Origin: a bacterium
GTDB taxonomy: Bacteria; UBA8248; JACPRG01; G963555815
NCBI GenBank assembly: GCA_965261595.1
Contig: CBDHDG010000004.1
Span: 768,001-832,000, forward strand
DNA length: 64,000 nt
Direction of reading: 5' to 3'
Positions 20,750 to 30,497 of this stretch are shown here, piece by piece; positions within the stretch are counted from its first letter, which is position 1; each line of letters starts with the position of its first letter. The notes beneath the pieces are model-generated. The model did not search any database. It was not told where the DNA came from and saw only the letters and a list, made by a program, of their open reading frames with translations. The position numbers were made by a program, and so were the translations under genes.

Positions 20750-20778
20750 CGGTATATATACATTATGTATATATATCG
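20750..20778. promoter_or_regulatory. AT-rich palindromic operator (BrnA operator or ModE-like box)
   Basis: Perfect 11-bp arms TATATATACAT-T-ATGTATATATA (20753-20775) between divergent brnT and modC. Confidence 0.65.
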
Positions 20779-20938
20779 TATTACGGAAAAGTTAAACATG
20801 ATTTCCCCCGGTTTTTTCCCGGCCCATGAACCGCCGGGTCACCGGCGCTCGGACCCCGGCTCTCATCGTCGCACGGCCGGAAAAGGGAACCGCTCCATTC
20901 CATGATAAAACCTTAATGGAAGGAGACACGTAAAATCC

Positions 20939-22036
20939 ATGCTGGAATACGATTTCGAGAAGACCTTTCATTTTCGGGGGAAGCCGGATTTCCACCTCGA
21001 GGCGGCCGATTCGATGGATCGGGAGCTGACCGTCCTGTTCGGTCCTTCCGGGTCGGGGAAAAGCACGATCCTCAACATGTTGGCGGGCATCGTGAAACCC
21101 GACCGGGGCCGGGCGGTGCTTCAGGGGACGACGCTCTACGACTCGGCGAAGCGGATCGACTTTCCCCTGCGCGCGCGAAACATCGGGTATGTCTTCCAGG
21201 ATCTGGCGCTTTTCCCGCACCTGAGCGTCGAGCGCAACATCGCCTACGGCATGCCCAACGGAACCCCGAAGGAATCACGCGTCCGGGAGCTCATCGCCCA
21301 GTTCGGCCTCGCGGGGCAGGAACGGAAATTTCCCGCCCAGCTCTCCGGCGGGCAGCGGCAGCGGGTCGCCATCGCCCGGACCCTCGCGGCCGAGCCGTCC
21401 CTGCTCATCATGGATGAGCCCCTCTCGGCGCTGGACGAGCCCACGCGGGAGCGGATCCTGTGGGACATCTCCGCCCTGAAAGAGCAGTTCGCCATCCCGA
21501 TGCTCTACGTCACGCACAACCTGCGGGAGGCCTATTCGCTGGCCGACCGTGTGGTGGTCATCGATCAGGGCAAGGTCATTGAAAAGGGGGCGCGGGAGGA
21601 TATTCTGGAGCGTCCGGCGCACTTCCGGACGGCCCAGTGCGTCGGCATCGAGAACCTCTTCGCCTGCCGGGTCCTGAACTTCGCGAACGGTGAAATGAAG
21701 GTTCAGATGGGGGAGAAGGAGATCTCCCTCCAGGAGGACGCCCGGTTTCGTCCGGGGGAGCGGGCCTACCTGGGGATCTCCCCCTCGGACGTGCGGTTGT
21801 CGGTGAGGCCGGAAAACCGGCCCAACACGCTAAAGGCCGCCGTCATCTCGATCATGGAGCGGAAAAACATCATGGTCGTTCACGTGAAAATATCTCCCGA
21901 CGGCCCGAGGGTGGTCGCGGATATTCAGAAACATTTTCTTCCTAAATGGGACTTGGTGAGCGGGTCCCCGGTCGCCAGCGGGTCGCCGGTCTACGTCTCG
22001 TTGACCCAAAACGCCCTGTTCCTCTGCCGTGAATAG
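20939..22036 (+). CDS. modC: Molybdate ABC transporter ATP-binding protein
   Basis: [32 protein letters not shown]-like tail; near modAB. Confidence 0.85.
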   Translation: MLEYDFEKTFHFRGKPDFHLEAADSMDRELTVLFGPSGSGKSTILNMLAGIVKPDRGRAVLQGTTLYDSAKRIDFPLRARNIGYVFQDLALFPHLSVERNIAYGMPNGTPKESRVRELIAQFGLAGQERKFPAQLSGGQRQRVAIARTLAAEPSLLIMDEPLSALDEPTRERILWDISALKEQFAIPMLYVTHNLREAYSLADRVVVIDQGKVIEKGAREDILERPAHFRTAQCVGIENLFACRVLNFANGEMKVQMGEKEISLQEDARFRPGERAYLGISPSDVRLSVRPENRPNTLKAAVISIMERKNIMVVHVKISPDGPRVVADIQKHFLPKWDLVSGSPVASGSPVYVSLTQNALFLCRE

Positions 22037-22071
22037 GTCAACGAAGCGCGCGGCGGGCGCGCCGCCCGCCC

Positions 22072-22452
22072 TTACGCGACCAGATCGCCTTCCGGGATCA
22101 TCATGGCTTCGCCCGCCTCAGCCGGATCGTCTTCGCTCCCCTCATCCATACCCCCCGCCAGGCTTTTGAGGGCCTTTTCCTCCTCGAGCAGGGCCTGGGT
22201 GATGAGAAAGCTGTCCACCCGGTATCGGCCGTCCTGGATGGCCTCCTTGAGACCCTCAATCCGTTCCGTCCGATCGGCGGAATTGAGCTTTTCAAGTCCC
22301 TGGATCTCCGATAGGGCGACGGCCCCTTCGGAGAGCTTCACCACAACGCTGGAATTCTTCTGAACGGCCCGCCGCCTCGACATCAGGGGCTTTCTCCGGC
22401 CGACCTTCGACATGGACTGGTAATTCTTGTGCGGGTTGGCGTTCAACGTCAT
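22072..22452 (-). CDS. flgM: Anti-sigma28 factor FlgM
   Basis: V.LS and R.ERIEGLKEAIQDGRYRVDS..I...LL signature; AGGAG RBS. Confidence 0.8.
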   Translation of the reverse strand: MTLNANPHKNYQSMSKVGRRKPLMSRRRAVQKNSSVVVKLSEGAVALSEIQGLEKLNSADRTERIEGLKEAIQDGRYRVDSFLITQALLEEEKALKSLAGGMDEGSEDDPAEAGEAMMIPEGDLVA

Positions 22453-22510
22453 CGACCATTCTCCTCTATACGCCCGGCGGCGTGATGTCCGACCGGCGCC
22501 AACCCTCACC

Positions 22511-22544
22511 AAAAGAAAACGCCCATCCAGCGTAGGATGGGCGC
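22511..22544 (-). terminator. Intrinsic terminator (riboswitch expression platform)
   Basis: CGCCCATCC-TACGCT-GGATGGGCG hairpin followed by TTTTCTTTT. Confidence 0.88.
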
Positions 22545-22563
22545 TTTCGACACGAGGTCCGCG

Positions 22564-22650
22564 TCGGCAGCCCTACTGCCTTACCCCAACTTCGGGGATT
22601 AGGCTAGCGGCTTTGCGCCCTACCCTTTCTGTGTAGTTTGCCTTTTACGA
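22564..22650 (-). ncRNA. c-di-GMP-I (GEMM) riboswitch
   Basis: GGCAAAC..GAAA..GGGCGCAAAGCC..GCCTAA..GGCAG..GCTGCCG on the minus strand. Confidence 0.92.
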
Positions 22651-22708
22651 CTCAAACTTCCTGATCAATCTTTCTAAACGCCGGCTTGGTTCGCCGCCGT
22701 TAATCACC

Positions 22709-22736
22709 ATATCGGGATTCGAGGCCGCTCACTTTA
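22709..22736 (-). promoter_or_regulatory. Sigma28 (FliA/SigD)-type promoter
   Basis: TAAA-N16-CCCGATAT about 60 nt upstream of the riboswitch, in front of flgM. Confidence 0.7.
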
Positions 22737-22813
22737 GTGGAATTCCCCATTCCGCCGATTTTTCCATCCCCGCAACACAAATCCGCCGGGACGTTTCCGG
22801 CCGCGCCGCGCCG

Positions 22814-23491
22814 TCAGGTCCCGACTTTCACCCGTTCGCGGCTCCACCAGGTGGCCAGATAAAGGGCCAGAAAAGATATGCCCGTGTGGCCCAAAACCAG
22901 CCAGTGGGCCTGTCCCAGGTCGCCCCCCGCGAAGGCCCCGTAAATCTCGAGCGGCATCGTATTGGTCCGCCCGGGGATGTTGCCCGCCAACATGAGGGTC
23001 GCGCCGAACTCCCCCATGGCCCGGGCGAACGCCAGAATGAGGCCGGCGATCAGCCCATGCCGCGCCAGGGGAAGGGTGATGGTCAGCGCGGTGGACCACT
23101 CGCTCTTGCCCAACAACTGCGAGGCGTACTCCACGTTGCGGTCCACCGATTCGATGGCCGCCCGTCCGGTCCGGACCATGAAGGGCAAGGAGACCACCGT
23201 GGACGCGACAATCGCCGCCCACCAAGTGAAGGTCACCGACCAACCCGTCAGGTCGTAGAGCGGCCCGCCGAGCAAACCCTTTCGGCCCAGGAGGCGGAAC
23301 AGGTAATAACCGGTGACCGTCGGCGGCAGCACCAGCGGCAGCGTGACCAGGATGTCCAGGATGTTCTTTCCCGGAAAGTCGCGCTTGGCGAAAAAGTAGG
23401 CGATGGACGTCCCCACAACGGCCACGATCAACGTCGAAACACCGGCGACCCATAGAGACAACTGTACGGAAAACCAAGCTTGGCCTTCCAA
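22814..23491 (-). CDS. modB: Molybdate ABC transporter permease
   Basis: LPLVLPPTVTGY and FARAMGEFGAT..LAGNIPGRT motifs. Confidence 0.93.
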   Translation of the reverse strand: MEGQAWFSVQLSLWVAGVSTLIVAVVGTSIAYFFAKRDFPGKNILDILVTLPLVLPPTVTGYYLFRLLGRKGLLGGPLYDLTGWSVTFTWWAAIVASTVVSLPFMVRTGRAAIESVDRNVEYASQLLGKSEWSTALTITLPLARHGLIAGLILAFARAMGEFGATLMLAGNIPGRTNTMPLEIYGAFAGGDLGQAHWLVLGHTGISFLALYLATWWSRERVKVGT

Positions 23492-23581
23492 TGCCGCACT
23501 CCCCTGTCAATGCCCCGGGCGCCGTTCCCGCCACCCTTCGAGGCTGAAGGCGAATCCCCCCCCCCCCACTCCGCCGCCGGA

Positions 23582-24349
23582 TTACGGCGGATCGGCGGAT
23601 CCGAATCCGGCCCGGGACAATATGGCGCGGGACGCTTCCCCAAGGACGAATTTCAAAAAGCGCATCGCTCCCCGGGGATAACGGGATTCCGCGATCACCG
23701 CAATCGGATACGCGATGCGCGCGTGGCTTCCGGGCGGCGCCTCGGCCACGAGATCGACCCGGCCTTTTTCCCGCAACGCGTCGGTCCGGTAGACGATGCC
23801 CGCGTCCACCTCCCCCCGCACGACATAATCCAGGACCTGCCGGACGTGCTCGGCGAATATCAGCCTCGCGGAGAGCTTCTTCCAGTAACCCAAAGCGACG
23901 AGCGCCTGTTTGGCGTAAATGCCCGCCGGGACATGGCGGGGATTGCCGATGACCAGCCTCCCTTGGAATCCCCTCCCCAAAAATGTAAACCCATCCACCG
24001 CCCCGCTTCCGCGCGGCCGGACCAGGCTCAGACGGTTCGTGGCGAACACCTTCCGCGTTCCGGGCTGAAGGAGGTTCGCCCTCTCCAACGCTTCCATCGG
24101 AAACAACGCGGCGGGGGCGAACACATCCACCGGGGCGCCCAGCTCGATTTGCCGCTGAAGATGGCCCGAGGAGCCGAGGTTCAATGAAACGCGGTGTTCC
24201 GGATGGCGCGACTCGAATTCCTTCACAATCTTCCGGAACACCTCCTTGAGACTGATGGCGGCGGACACGGTCAACCGGGCCGCTTCCCCCCGGGGCGGCG
24301 CCGCGAAACCCGCAAGCATGATGAAAAGAAAGAGTATGGCGCGACGCAC
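23582..24349 (-). CDS. modA: Molybdate ABC transporter substrate-binding protein
   Basis: VSAAISL, GSSG.L..QIE.GAP.DVF, VPAGIYA, DAGIVYRTD motifs. Confidence 0.93.
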   Translation of the reverse strand: MRRAILFLFIMLAGFAAPPRGEAARLTVSAAISLKEVFRKIVKEFESRHPEHRVSLNLGSSGHLQRQIELGAPVDVFAPAALFPMEALERANLLQPGTRKVFATNRLSLVRPRGSGAVDGFTFLGRGFQGRLVIGNPRHVPAGIYAKQALVALGYWKKLSARLIFAEHVRQVLDYVVRGEVDAGIVYRTDALREKGRVDLVAEAPPGSHARIAYPIAVIAESRYPRGAMRFLKFVLGEASRAILSRAGFGSADPP

Positions 24350-24579
24350 AAATCCATCCGTCCGATGATGTCGATAAGAAATCAGATAATGACCCAGGAC
24401 CCTACACTAGATATTCAGGACAGTCCGGAAAAGTCAAGGAGCCTGGAAGACCGGGTCCCGCCGGTGGGGAGTGCGGGATCGCTCGAACTGTCGGGGGGAA
24501 GGAGGGGGAGAGGAAGAGAAGGCGCCGGGACGAAGCGGTCTTCTCTCCCCCTCCCCCCCCTGGCTTCGCAACAACAGGG

Positions 24580-25924
24580 TCAGAACTTGAAGTAGGCGCC
24601 AGCAAGGACGGCCCAGGCGCTGTCGCCGTTGTTGAACGGGTCGTCATCCGCGGCGCTGGTGACGGGCCGGTCGATGTCGAACACAAACCCGTTCACCGAG
24701 AGGCGGACCTCCTTGATCGGCCAGTAATTGAGACCGAGGCCGAGGATGTTCACCGTCTGGCCGGCCAAGTCTTCCGTCCCAGCCGAACGGTCGCCGTCGT
24801 CCATGTCGATGGATTCATACTTGGCCACCAACTCCAGGCCGTTCTTTTTTCGGCTCCCCGTCAGCAGGGTGCCCGCCTGGACGTGATAGCCGTAACGGAC
24901 CAGGTCGTCGTTTCCTCTGCCCAATACGGGACCTTCCCGCTCCTGCTTCTCGTAGATGAACTCCGCCGTCGCCGAAAGGGGAAAGCCACCCTGATTCTTG
25001 TAGTCCTTGTTGTACCAGATGTCCGCGCCGTACCGCTGGCGAAGGCCTTCCGTCGCGACGTTGAACACCGTCAGCCGGTTGTCGCGAAGAAAAAGCCGCG
25101 TCCGGCCGCCAGTGGCGCTGTGGGGCTGATCCCCCACCGACGCGTTGATCGCGAGCTGGATCGGAAGCATCTTCTCGGCGGGAGATCCCTTGAAGGGATC
25201 CGCGATCAGGCGGAGGGCGAAATCCTTCTCGCTGTTGTTGTCGTTGTTTCTCTGCTTCCCATTGGAGACGCTGGCCTCATAGCGGAACGTGGGATGCAGA
25301 TCGCCATAGACGTACGCGCCCCGGGACGCGCCTTCGGTGAGGTTATCGGAGATCATCGAGCGCTCGAGGAAGAACAGGCTGTACCGGCTCCAGGTCTGCT
25401 CGCCGCCGAAGCGCGTCTTATGCTGGCCGACCCGGATGCGGAATGCCTTGTACCGCTCCCAGCCCAGGTAGGCGTCCTGGTCCAGGACGTTGGAGGAAGC
25501 GCCATCCAGCTCCAGGCGATAGGTGAAGTCCTTGAACACCTTGCCGCGGAAGGTCAGCCGGCCGCGGCGCATGAGGAAGTTGTTATCCGCGCCGGCGTCT
25601 TCGGGAAACACGCTGAACTGGCTGAAGACTTGGACTCCGATCTGAAGCTCGTGCCGCGTGTCCTTGGACGTAACGCGGAATCCGTCCTTGTACTTCACGT
25701 CAAAGGGGGGCTGATCCTTCTTGATCTCTTCCCGGATACCGACTTCCTTGGCTTTCTCGGCCGACTTGATCTCTCGATATTCCCGCTCTGTGATGACCCC
25801 ATTTTTCTTTAAAGAGGTCCAGGAGCTCGCTCGCTTGGCCGAGGGAGAGGGGGAGGGAAACCAACATCCCCATCGCCACAACCCATCCCAATAGGGCCTT
25901 CCAGGCTTTTCGTCGAGGTCTCAT
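24580..25924 (-). pseudogene. OprO/OprP-like anion-selective porin, frameshift near 25810 after the signal peptide
   Basis: ATG 25924 with AAGGAGG RBS; LKKNGVITEREY, FLMRRGRL, LGLNYW motifs; C-terminal Phe. Confidence 0.75.
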
Positions 25925-26115
25925 TTTCACCGTCCTCCTTTGTTTCAAAGAAGCGTTCCGGTGAGGAGCCGGACCGATCCGCCGCGTCCGGTTCCGGACT
26001 CGAATGCGGATGTACCTAGTCAACAAGATAAGTGATGGGCGAATTCTTGAACATGATCTGGATTACGTCAGTCCGTGCTGAAGATGCGCGCGCAGCATGA
26101 CGCGGCCGGCCTTCC

Positions 26116-27159
26116 TCACTGGAGCAGCATTCCGGCTTTTTGGAGAAGCCTGACGGTCCCCCGCACATCGGTCAGGCGGCCGAGGTCCATGATCGGCGTC
26201 CGGATCGACCGGAGATCCCTCAAGCCCAGCGCGGGGTCCACCCTGAATCCTTTGGCGACGGGGTATTCGTGGTTCCCCCGGACGAAAACCTCCTGTCCGG
26301 TCTCCGACAGGGCGAATCCCAAGAACCGCTCGGCGAGTCCCGCTTTTCGGGAGCTTTTCAGAATGCCAGCGCCCGACACATTGACGAGGGCGCCGATGTC
26401 CCCGTTGGGAAAGTAGTAATTCCGGACGGGGAATCCTTTCCCCTCTTTGCGGATGAAACGGTACAGGTAATAGTGATTCACCAGACCCACGTCGATTTCG
26501 CCGTCTGCGATGGCCTTCACCGTCGGCGTATTCTTGGCATAGTATTTGGCTTGATTGGCGACAAGGCCCTTGAGCCAAATCAGCGTCCTCTTATCCCCCA
26601 CCCGGACGCGCATAGCCGTCACAAACGCCTGAAAAGACGCATTCGTGGGCGGAAGGCCGATTCTCCCCCTCCACCGGGGATCGGCCAATTCAAAAATCGA
26701 CCTGGGCAGGTCACTTTCCCTCAACCGCGTCGTCGAATACGACAGGACGCGCGCCCGGCCGGAAATCCCGATCCAATCCCCGCGCGGCGACCGGAACGGG
26801 GCGGGGACTTTTTCCAACAATAAATCGGGAAGGCGGCGAAACAGCCCTTTCTCCGCGACGGCCCCCAACGCCCCCGAATCCTGCGCGAAGAAGAGGTCGG
26901 CGGGGCTTCGGCCGCCCTCCTCGAGAAGCTGATTGGCCAGGGCCGCTGTCTTCGCGTACCGGACCCCGACGCGAACGCCCGTCCGTTCGGTGAACGCTTT
27001 GAACAAACGCTCGACCAGTTTTTGGGACCGACCCGAATAGACCGTCAGGCTTTCGGCCGACAGGGTCGGCCCGCCGGCCCCCCAAGCCGGAAGCGAAACG
27101 GCCAGGCAGATCAAAAACCGCCCGACACCCGCGCCTCCCCAAGCCATGGACAAACCCAT
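26116..27159 (-). CDS. Fe(III) ABC transporter substrate-binding protein (FbpA/FutA-like)
   Basis: LTVYSGR, EG..SPAD, LVNHYY motifs; start approximate. Confidence 0.88.
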   Translation of the reverse strand: MGLSMAWGGAGVGRFLICLAVSLPAWGAGGPTLSAESLTVYSGRSQKLVERLFKAFTERTGVRVGVRYAKTAALANQLLEEGGRSPADLFFAQDSGALGAVAEKGLFRRLPDLLLEKVPAPFRSPRGDWIGISGRARVLSYSTTRLRESDLPRSIFELADPRWRGRIGLPPTNASFQAFVTAMRVRVGDKRTLIWLKGLVANQAKYYAKNTPTVKAIADGEIDVGLVNHYYLYRFIRKEGKGFPVRNYYFPNGDIGALVNVSGAGILKSSRKAGLAERFLGFALSETGQEVFVRGNHEYPVAKGFRVDPALGLRDLRSIRTPIMDLGRLTDVRGTVRLLQKAGMLLQ

Positions 27160-27455
27160 AGAATCCAGATCCTCCCCTTCTCCAAATCCTCGCCGGACAA
27201 ATTCGACCGGACGGCGCTCCCTCCCGGGAATCAACCACTCCGATTTTCGATGAACGATCCCACCGCCAAGAAAACAGCCGGAGAGAATTCCTTTCCACTG
27301 GGTAACATCCCCGGCTCGTTTGCTCAGTCCTTAGATTTTCAACTCAAGAACGGGTCGCTTGCCGGGCGACGGCGAATTGGGTCTATGGGTCAGGAGAAAC
27401 CTTCCATGCCTGGTCACCTGGAGGCGGTGGAGAAGGTCGGCGCTCCCCTTCTCGG

Positions 27456-28001
27456 TCACCCCCCTCCCGGCAGGTCCGGTTGAATCAACTCATCCGGGGC
27501 GAGAACAACGTCGCAGTGGAAATTACAGATCCGGCAGGAATCTTCGGTTTCGCACTCCCGATGGAAGTCCCTGAACTGTTCCAGGACCCCTTTCCGATCC
27601 TCCTTTTCGAAGAATCGAATGAGGTCGATCAGGCGGTCGATGGTCCCTTTGGAGACGTAATGCTCCAACAGGCAGGCGTCCAGCAAGGCGCTCTCGCTCT
27701 CGACCCCCAGGACGTCTTCCAGGAACGTTTGCATGATCGAAAACCGGCTGGAGATTTCCTGGGCGTGGCGCGCGCCCTTGGATGTCAGGGAAACCTGCTC
27801 GTAGTGCCGGTGGTCCACCAGGCCCTCTTTTTTCAACCCCTTGACCGCCGCAGAAACCGCCGCCTTGGCGACGCCCAGCTCGTTTCCGATGTCCGTCACC
27901 CGGGCGTAACCCTTGTCTTCCTGAATCCTCCAGATGGCGCGCAGGTAGTGCTCCTGGCTCGGACTCAGAGCCCCCGGCGATCTTTTGTATGTGTTCTGCA
28001 T
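27456..28001 (-). CDS. DtxR/MntR family metal-dependent regulator
   Basis: QEHYLRAI, ARVTDI...LGV, LT.KG, DACLLEH motifs; Cys-rich tail. Confidence 0.9.
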   Translation of the reverse strand: MQNTYKRSPGALSPSQEHYLRAIWRIQEDKGYARVTDIGNELGVAKAAVSAAVKGLKKEGLVDHRHYEQVSLTSKGARHAQEISSRFSIMQTFLEDVLGVESESALLDACLLEHYVSKGTIDRLIDLIRFFEKEDRKGVLEQFRDFHRECETEDSCRICNFHCDVVLAPDELIQPDLPGGG

Positions 28002-28020
28002 CTCAAATCCTTTTCTATAA

Positions 28021-28063
28021 AGTTTACTCTGTTAAGAGTATATAACACTTTCTCTTTTGTCAA
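28021..28063 (-). promoter_or_regulatory. Sigma70-type promoter with possible DtxR-type operator
   Basis: TTGACA-N17-TACTCT followed by imperfect palindrome TTAACAGAGTAAA. Confidence 0.5.
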
Positions 28064-28221
28064 ACAAATTCGGACACCAGCCAAATTTTCTTGGATCACC
28101 CGCCGCTGGGGAATGGTTTTGGAGGAACGACGCGCATCCCGTCCCGATCCCTGAACACGACCGCGTGGGAGAAAAAGGCCGCGCAAGGGAGACACGCCCC
28201 AAAATGGTCTCGGAGTGAAAA

Positions 28222-29085
28222 TCAGCGGGAGGAAGGTTGGCGAACAGTGGGGATGAAGAGCCGCCGGTCGAAACGCTGGAACTCACCAATGATTCGCTGG
28301 CCCTCCGGTCCGGTGACGTATTCGATAAGGGCCCGAGCCAGGTCGAACTTGACGTGGGGATGCCGGGCGGGGTTGACGGCGATGATTCCATAAGGATTGA
28401 AGAAACGCTTGTCCCCCTCCACGATCACCCGGAGGCGAAGCTTTCCGCGATAAGCGAGAAACGTCGCGCGGTCGGAAAGGGTGTAGGCCCTCATTTCGTC
28501 GGCGATGCCCAGCGTCTTTCCCATTCCCTGGCCGACTTCCCTGTACCAGGCCCCGGAGGGTTTCGTCCCCGCCTCCTCCCAGAGCGCCCGCTCCTTTTTG
28601 TGGGTGCCCGAATCGTCTCCCCGCGAGACGAACGCGGCGGCGGTCTCCGCGATCCGCAAAAGCGCCCGGGCGGCGTCCTTCCCCCCGCGGAGGCCGGCCG
28701 GGTCATCGGCGGGGCCCAGGATAATGAAGTCGTTGTACATGAAGGACCTGCGGCCGACCCCGTACCCTTCCCGGACAAATTTCCGTTCGGCCCCGGGCGC
28801 GTGCACCATGACAACGTCCACGTCTCCATTCCTTCCCAGGGCCAGCGCCCTGCCCGTCCCGACAGGGATCACGTCGACCTGGACACCCAACCGCTTCTCG
28901 AAGGGGGGGAGCAGCACATCCAGCAGACCGGAATTGGCCGTGCTCGTCGTCGTCGCCAGCCGGAGTCTTTCCTGCGCGCAGGCATCCCCACCCAGCGCTC
29001 CCCCCAAGAACAGGAGGGCAAACCCGGCCGTGAGGAGAAAACCCGGCTTGCGGAAGACCGTCGTCTCTCGAATGAATGTCCGCAT
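28222..29085 (-). CDS. tupA: Tungstate-binding protein
   Basis: ATTTS..NSGLL, VGTG.AL, SRGDDSGTH..E, GQGMG motifs. Confidence 0.9.
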   Translation of the reverse strand: MRTFIRETTVFRKPGFLLTAGFALLFLGGALGGDACAQERLRLATTTSTANSGLLDVLLPPFEKRLGVQVDVIPVGTGRALALGRNGDVDVVMVHAPGAERKFVREGYGVGRRSFMYNDFIILGPADDPAGLRGGKDAARALLRIAETAAAFVSRGDDSGTHKKERALWEEAGTKPSGAWYREVGQGMGKTLGIADEMRAYTLSDRATFLAYRGKLRLRVIVEGDKRFFNPYGIIAVNPARHPHVKFDLARALIEYVTGPEGQRIIGEFQRFDRRLFIPTVRQPSSR

Positions 29086-29186
29086 ATCTCAATCGGCGGC
29101 CAAGGGCGACTCGCGTCCCAAACCTTCCGCATCATATCCGGTCATCCCCGCAACCGATCTCGGCAAACCGCAAGACCGCGGACCTC

Positions 29187-30293
29187 TCACCCCTCGGCCG
29201 TGGGTTCATCGGCGGACGCAACCGGAAACACGACGACGCGCATGGGCTCCACCGTAATGGTGACACGCGTCTCAAGCTCGAGAATAAAATCCCAAGGCGT
29301 CTGACTTCGGACGGTCCCTCCGCTCGGAAGCGCAATCACGTACAGGTTGTCCGAGCCGCGGAAGTGCCTCTCGACAACGGAGGCTTCCCCGTCCGGGGAC
29401 GGGATGACATCCACGTCGGCCGGCCGGATGACCGCCTCGACCTTCGTCCCGTTCTCCAGGGGCGCATCGGGCGGGACAAAGAGAAAGTTGCCGAGGGCGG
29501 TCTCTACGCGGTCATTTTGAATCACGCCCGGCACCAGATCCGCCAACCCCAGGAATCGTGCCACAAAAAGAGTCCGGGGATTGTGATAGAGGTTTTCCGG
29601 GCTGTCCAACTGCTCAATCCGGCCCCGATTCATGACAGCGATGCGATCCGAAAGGTCAAAGGCCTCCGCCTGGTCGTGGGTCACAAAAATTGCTGTCATC
29701 CCCGAGCGCCGCAGGATCTCCTTGACCTCGCGGCGGACCTGGCGCCTCCTGTCGGCGTCCAGGTTGCTGAAAGCCTCATCGAAAAGAATCACGTGGGGGC
29801 TCGGCGCCAGCGCCCGGGCCAGGGCGACGCGCTGCTGCTGTCCGCCCGAGAGCTCATGAGGATGCCGCTCTCCCACCCCCCCCAGACCGACCATCCCCAA
29901 GACTTCCCGCACCCGATTCTCCCGATCCCCGGCGGCCCACCGGTGAAGGCCGAATCCCACATTCTTGGCAACCGTCAGGTGGGGGAACAGGGCCAGGTCC
30001 TGGAAGACCATGCCCACGCCCCGGCGTTCCGGCGGACTCCAGAGATTCCGGGCCGCCACCTCATTGCCGTCGATGAGGATCCGGCCCATCCCAATCCGCT
30101 CGAACCCGGCCATCAAGCGGAGGACGGAGGTCTTGCCGCATCCGCTGGGGCCGAGAAGGGTCAGGAACTCCCCCTTCTCCACATCCAGGAAGAAATCGTC
30201 CACCGCCCATGGCTCCTCGGGCCCGTACCGGAGATGGGCGTTCTCCATCCGGACTATCGGCCGGCCGGGATCCCCGGCCTTCGGGCTCGACAT
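29187..30293 (-). CDS. Fe(III) ABC transporter ATP-binding protein (FbpC-like)
   Basis: GPSGCGKT, LSGGQQQRVALARALAP, FSNLDA motifs. Confidence 0.88.
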   Translation of the reverse strand: MSSPKAGDPGRPIVRMENAHLRYGPEEPWAVDDFFLDVEKGEFLTLLGPSGCGKTSVLRLMAGFERIGMGRILIDGNEVAARNLWSPPERRGVGMVFQDLALFPHLTVAKNVGFGLHRWAAGDRENRVREVLGMVGLGGVGERHPHELSGGQQQRVALARALAPSPHVILFDEAFSNLDADRRRQVRREVKEILRRSGMTAIFVTHDQAEAFDLSDRIAVMNRGRIEQLDSPENLYHNPRTLFVARFLGLADLVPGVIQNDRVETALGNFLFVPPDAPLENGTKVEAVIRPADVDVIPSPDGEASVVERHFRGSDNLYVIALPSGGTVRSQTPWDFILELETRVTITVEPMRVVVFPVASADEPTAEG

Positions 30294-30351
30294 GGCGACG
30301 GTTCAACTCCTCAAGAAAGAGCCGGGTCATCCGGGGAATTCAAAGGCTGGA

Positions 30352-30482
30352 ATCCACAGACTTCACAGATGACACAGATGAAAAAAGAAAAGTGAGAACC
30401 TGAAACGCCACCGGGCGCTGAATCATCTGATGACCGCCCCCTTGTCTTTTCAAAATCTGCGCAATCTGTGTAATCTGTGGAT
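30352..30482. repeat. Gene-less element with CACAGAT 9-bp-unit inverted termini, copy A
   Basis: ATCCACAGACTTCACAGATGACACAGAT ... ATCTGCGCAATCTGTGTAATCTGTGGAT. Confidence 0.85.
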
Positions 30483-30497
30483 CCACCCCCCCGGGCA

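Noticed and set aside
12227..20900. Integrative island at tRNA-Val
   Set aside because: No integrase and no convincing duplicate of the tRNA 3' end; only a 9-bp match near 17621.
25930..26110. Moco/Wco riboswitch upstream of porin-modAB
   Set aside because: GC-rich hairpins are present but I could not match the consensus; needs an Rfam search.
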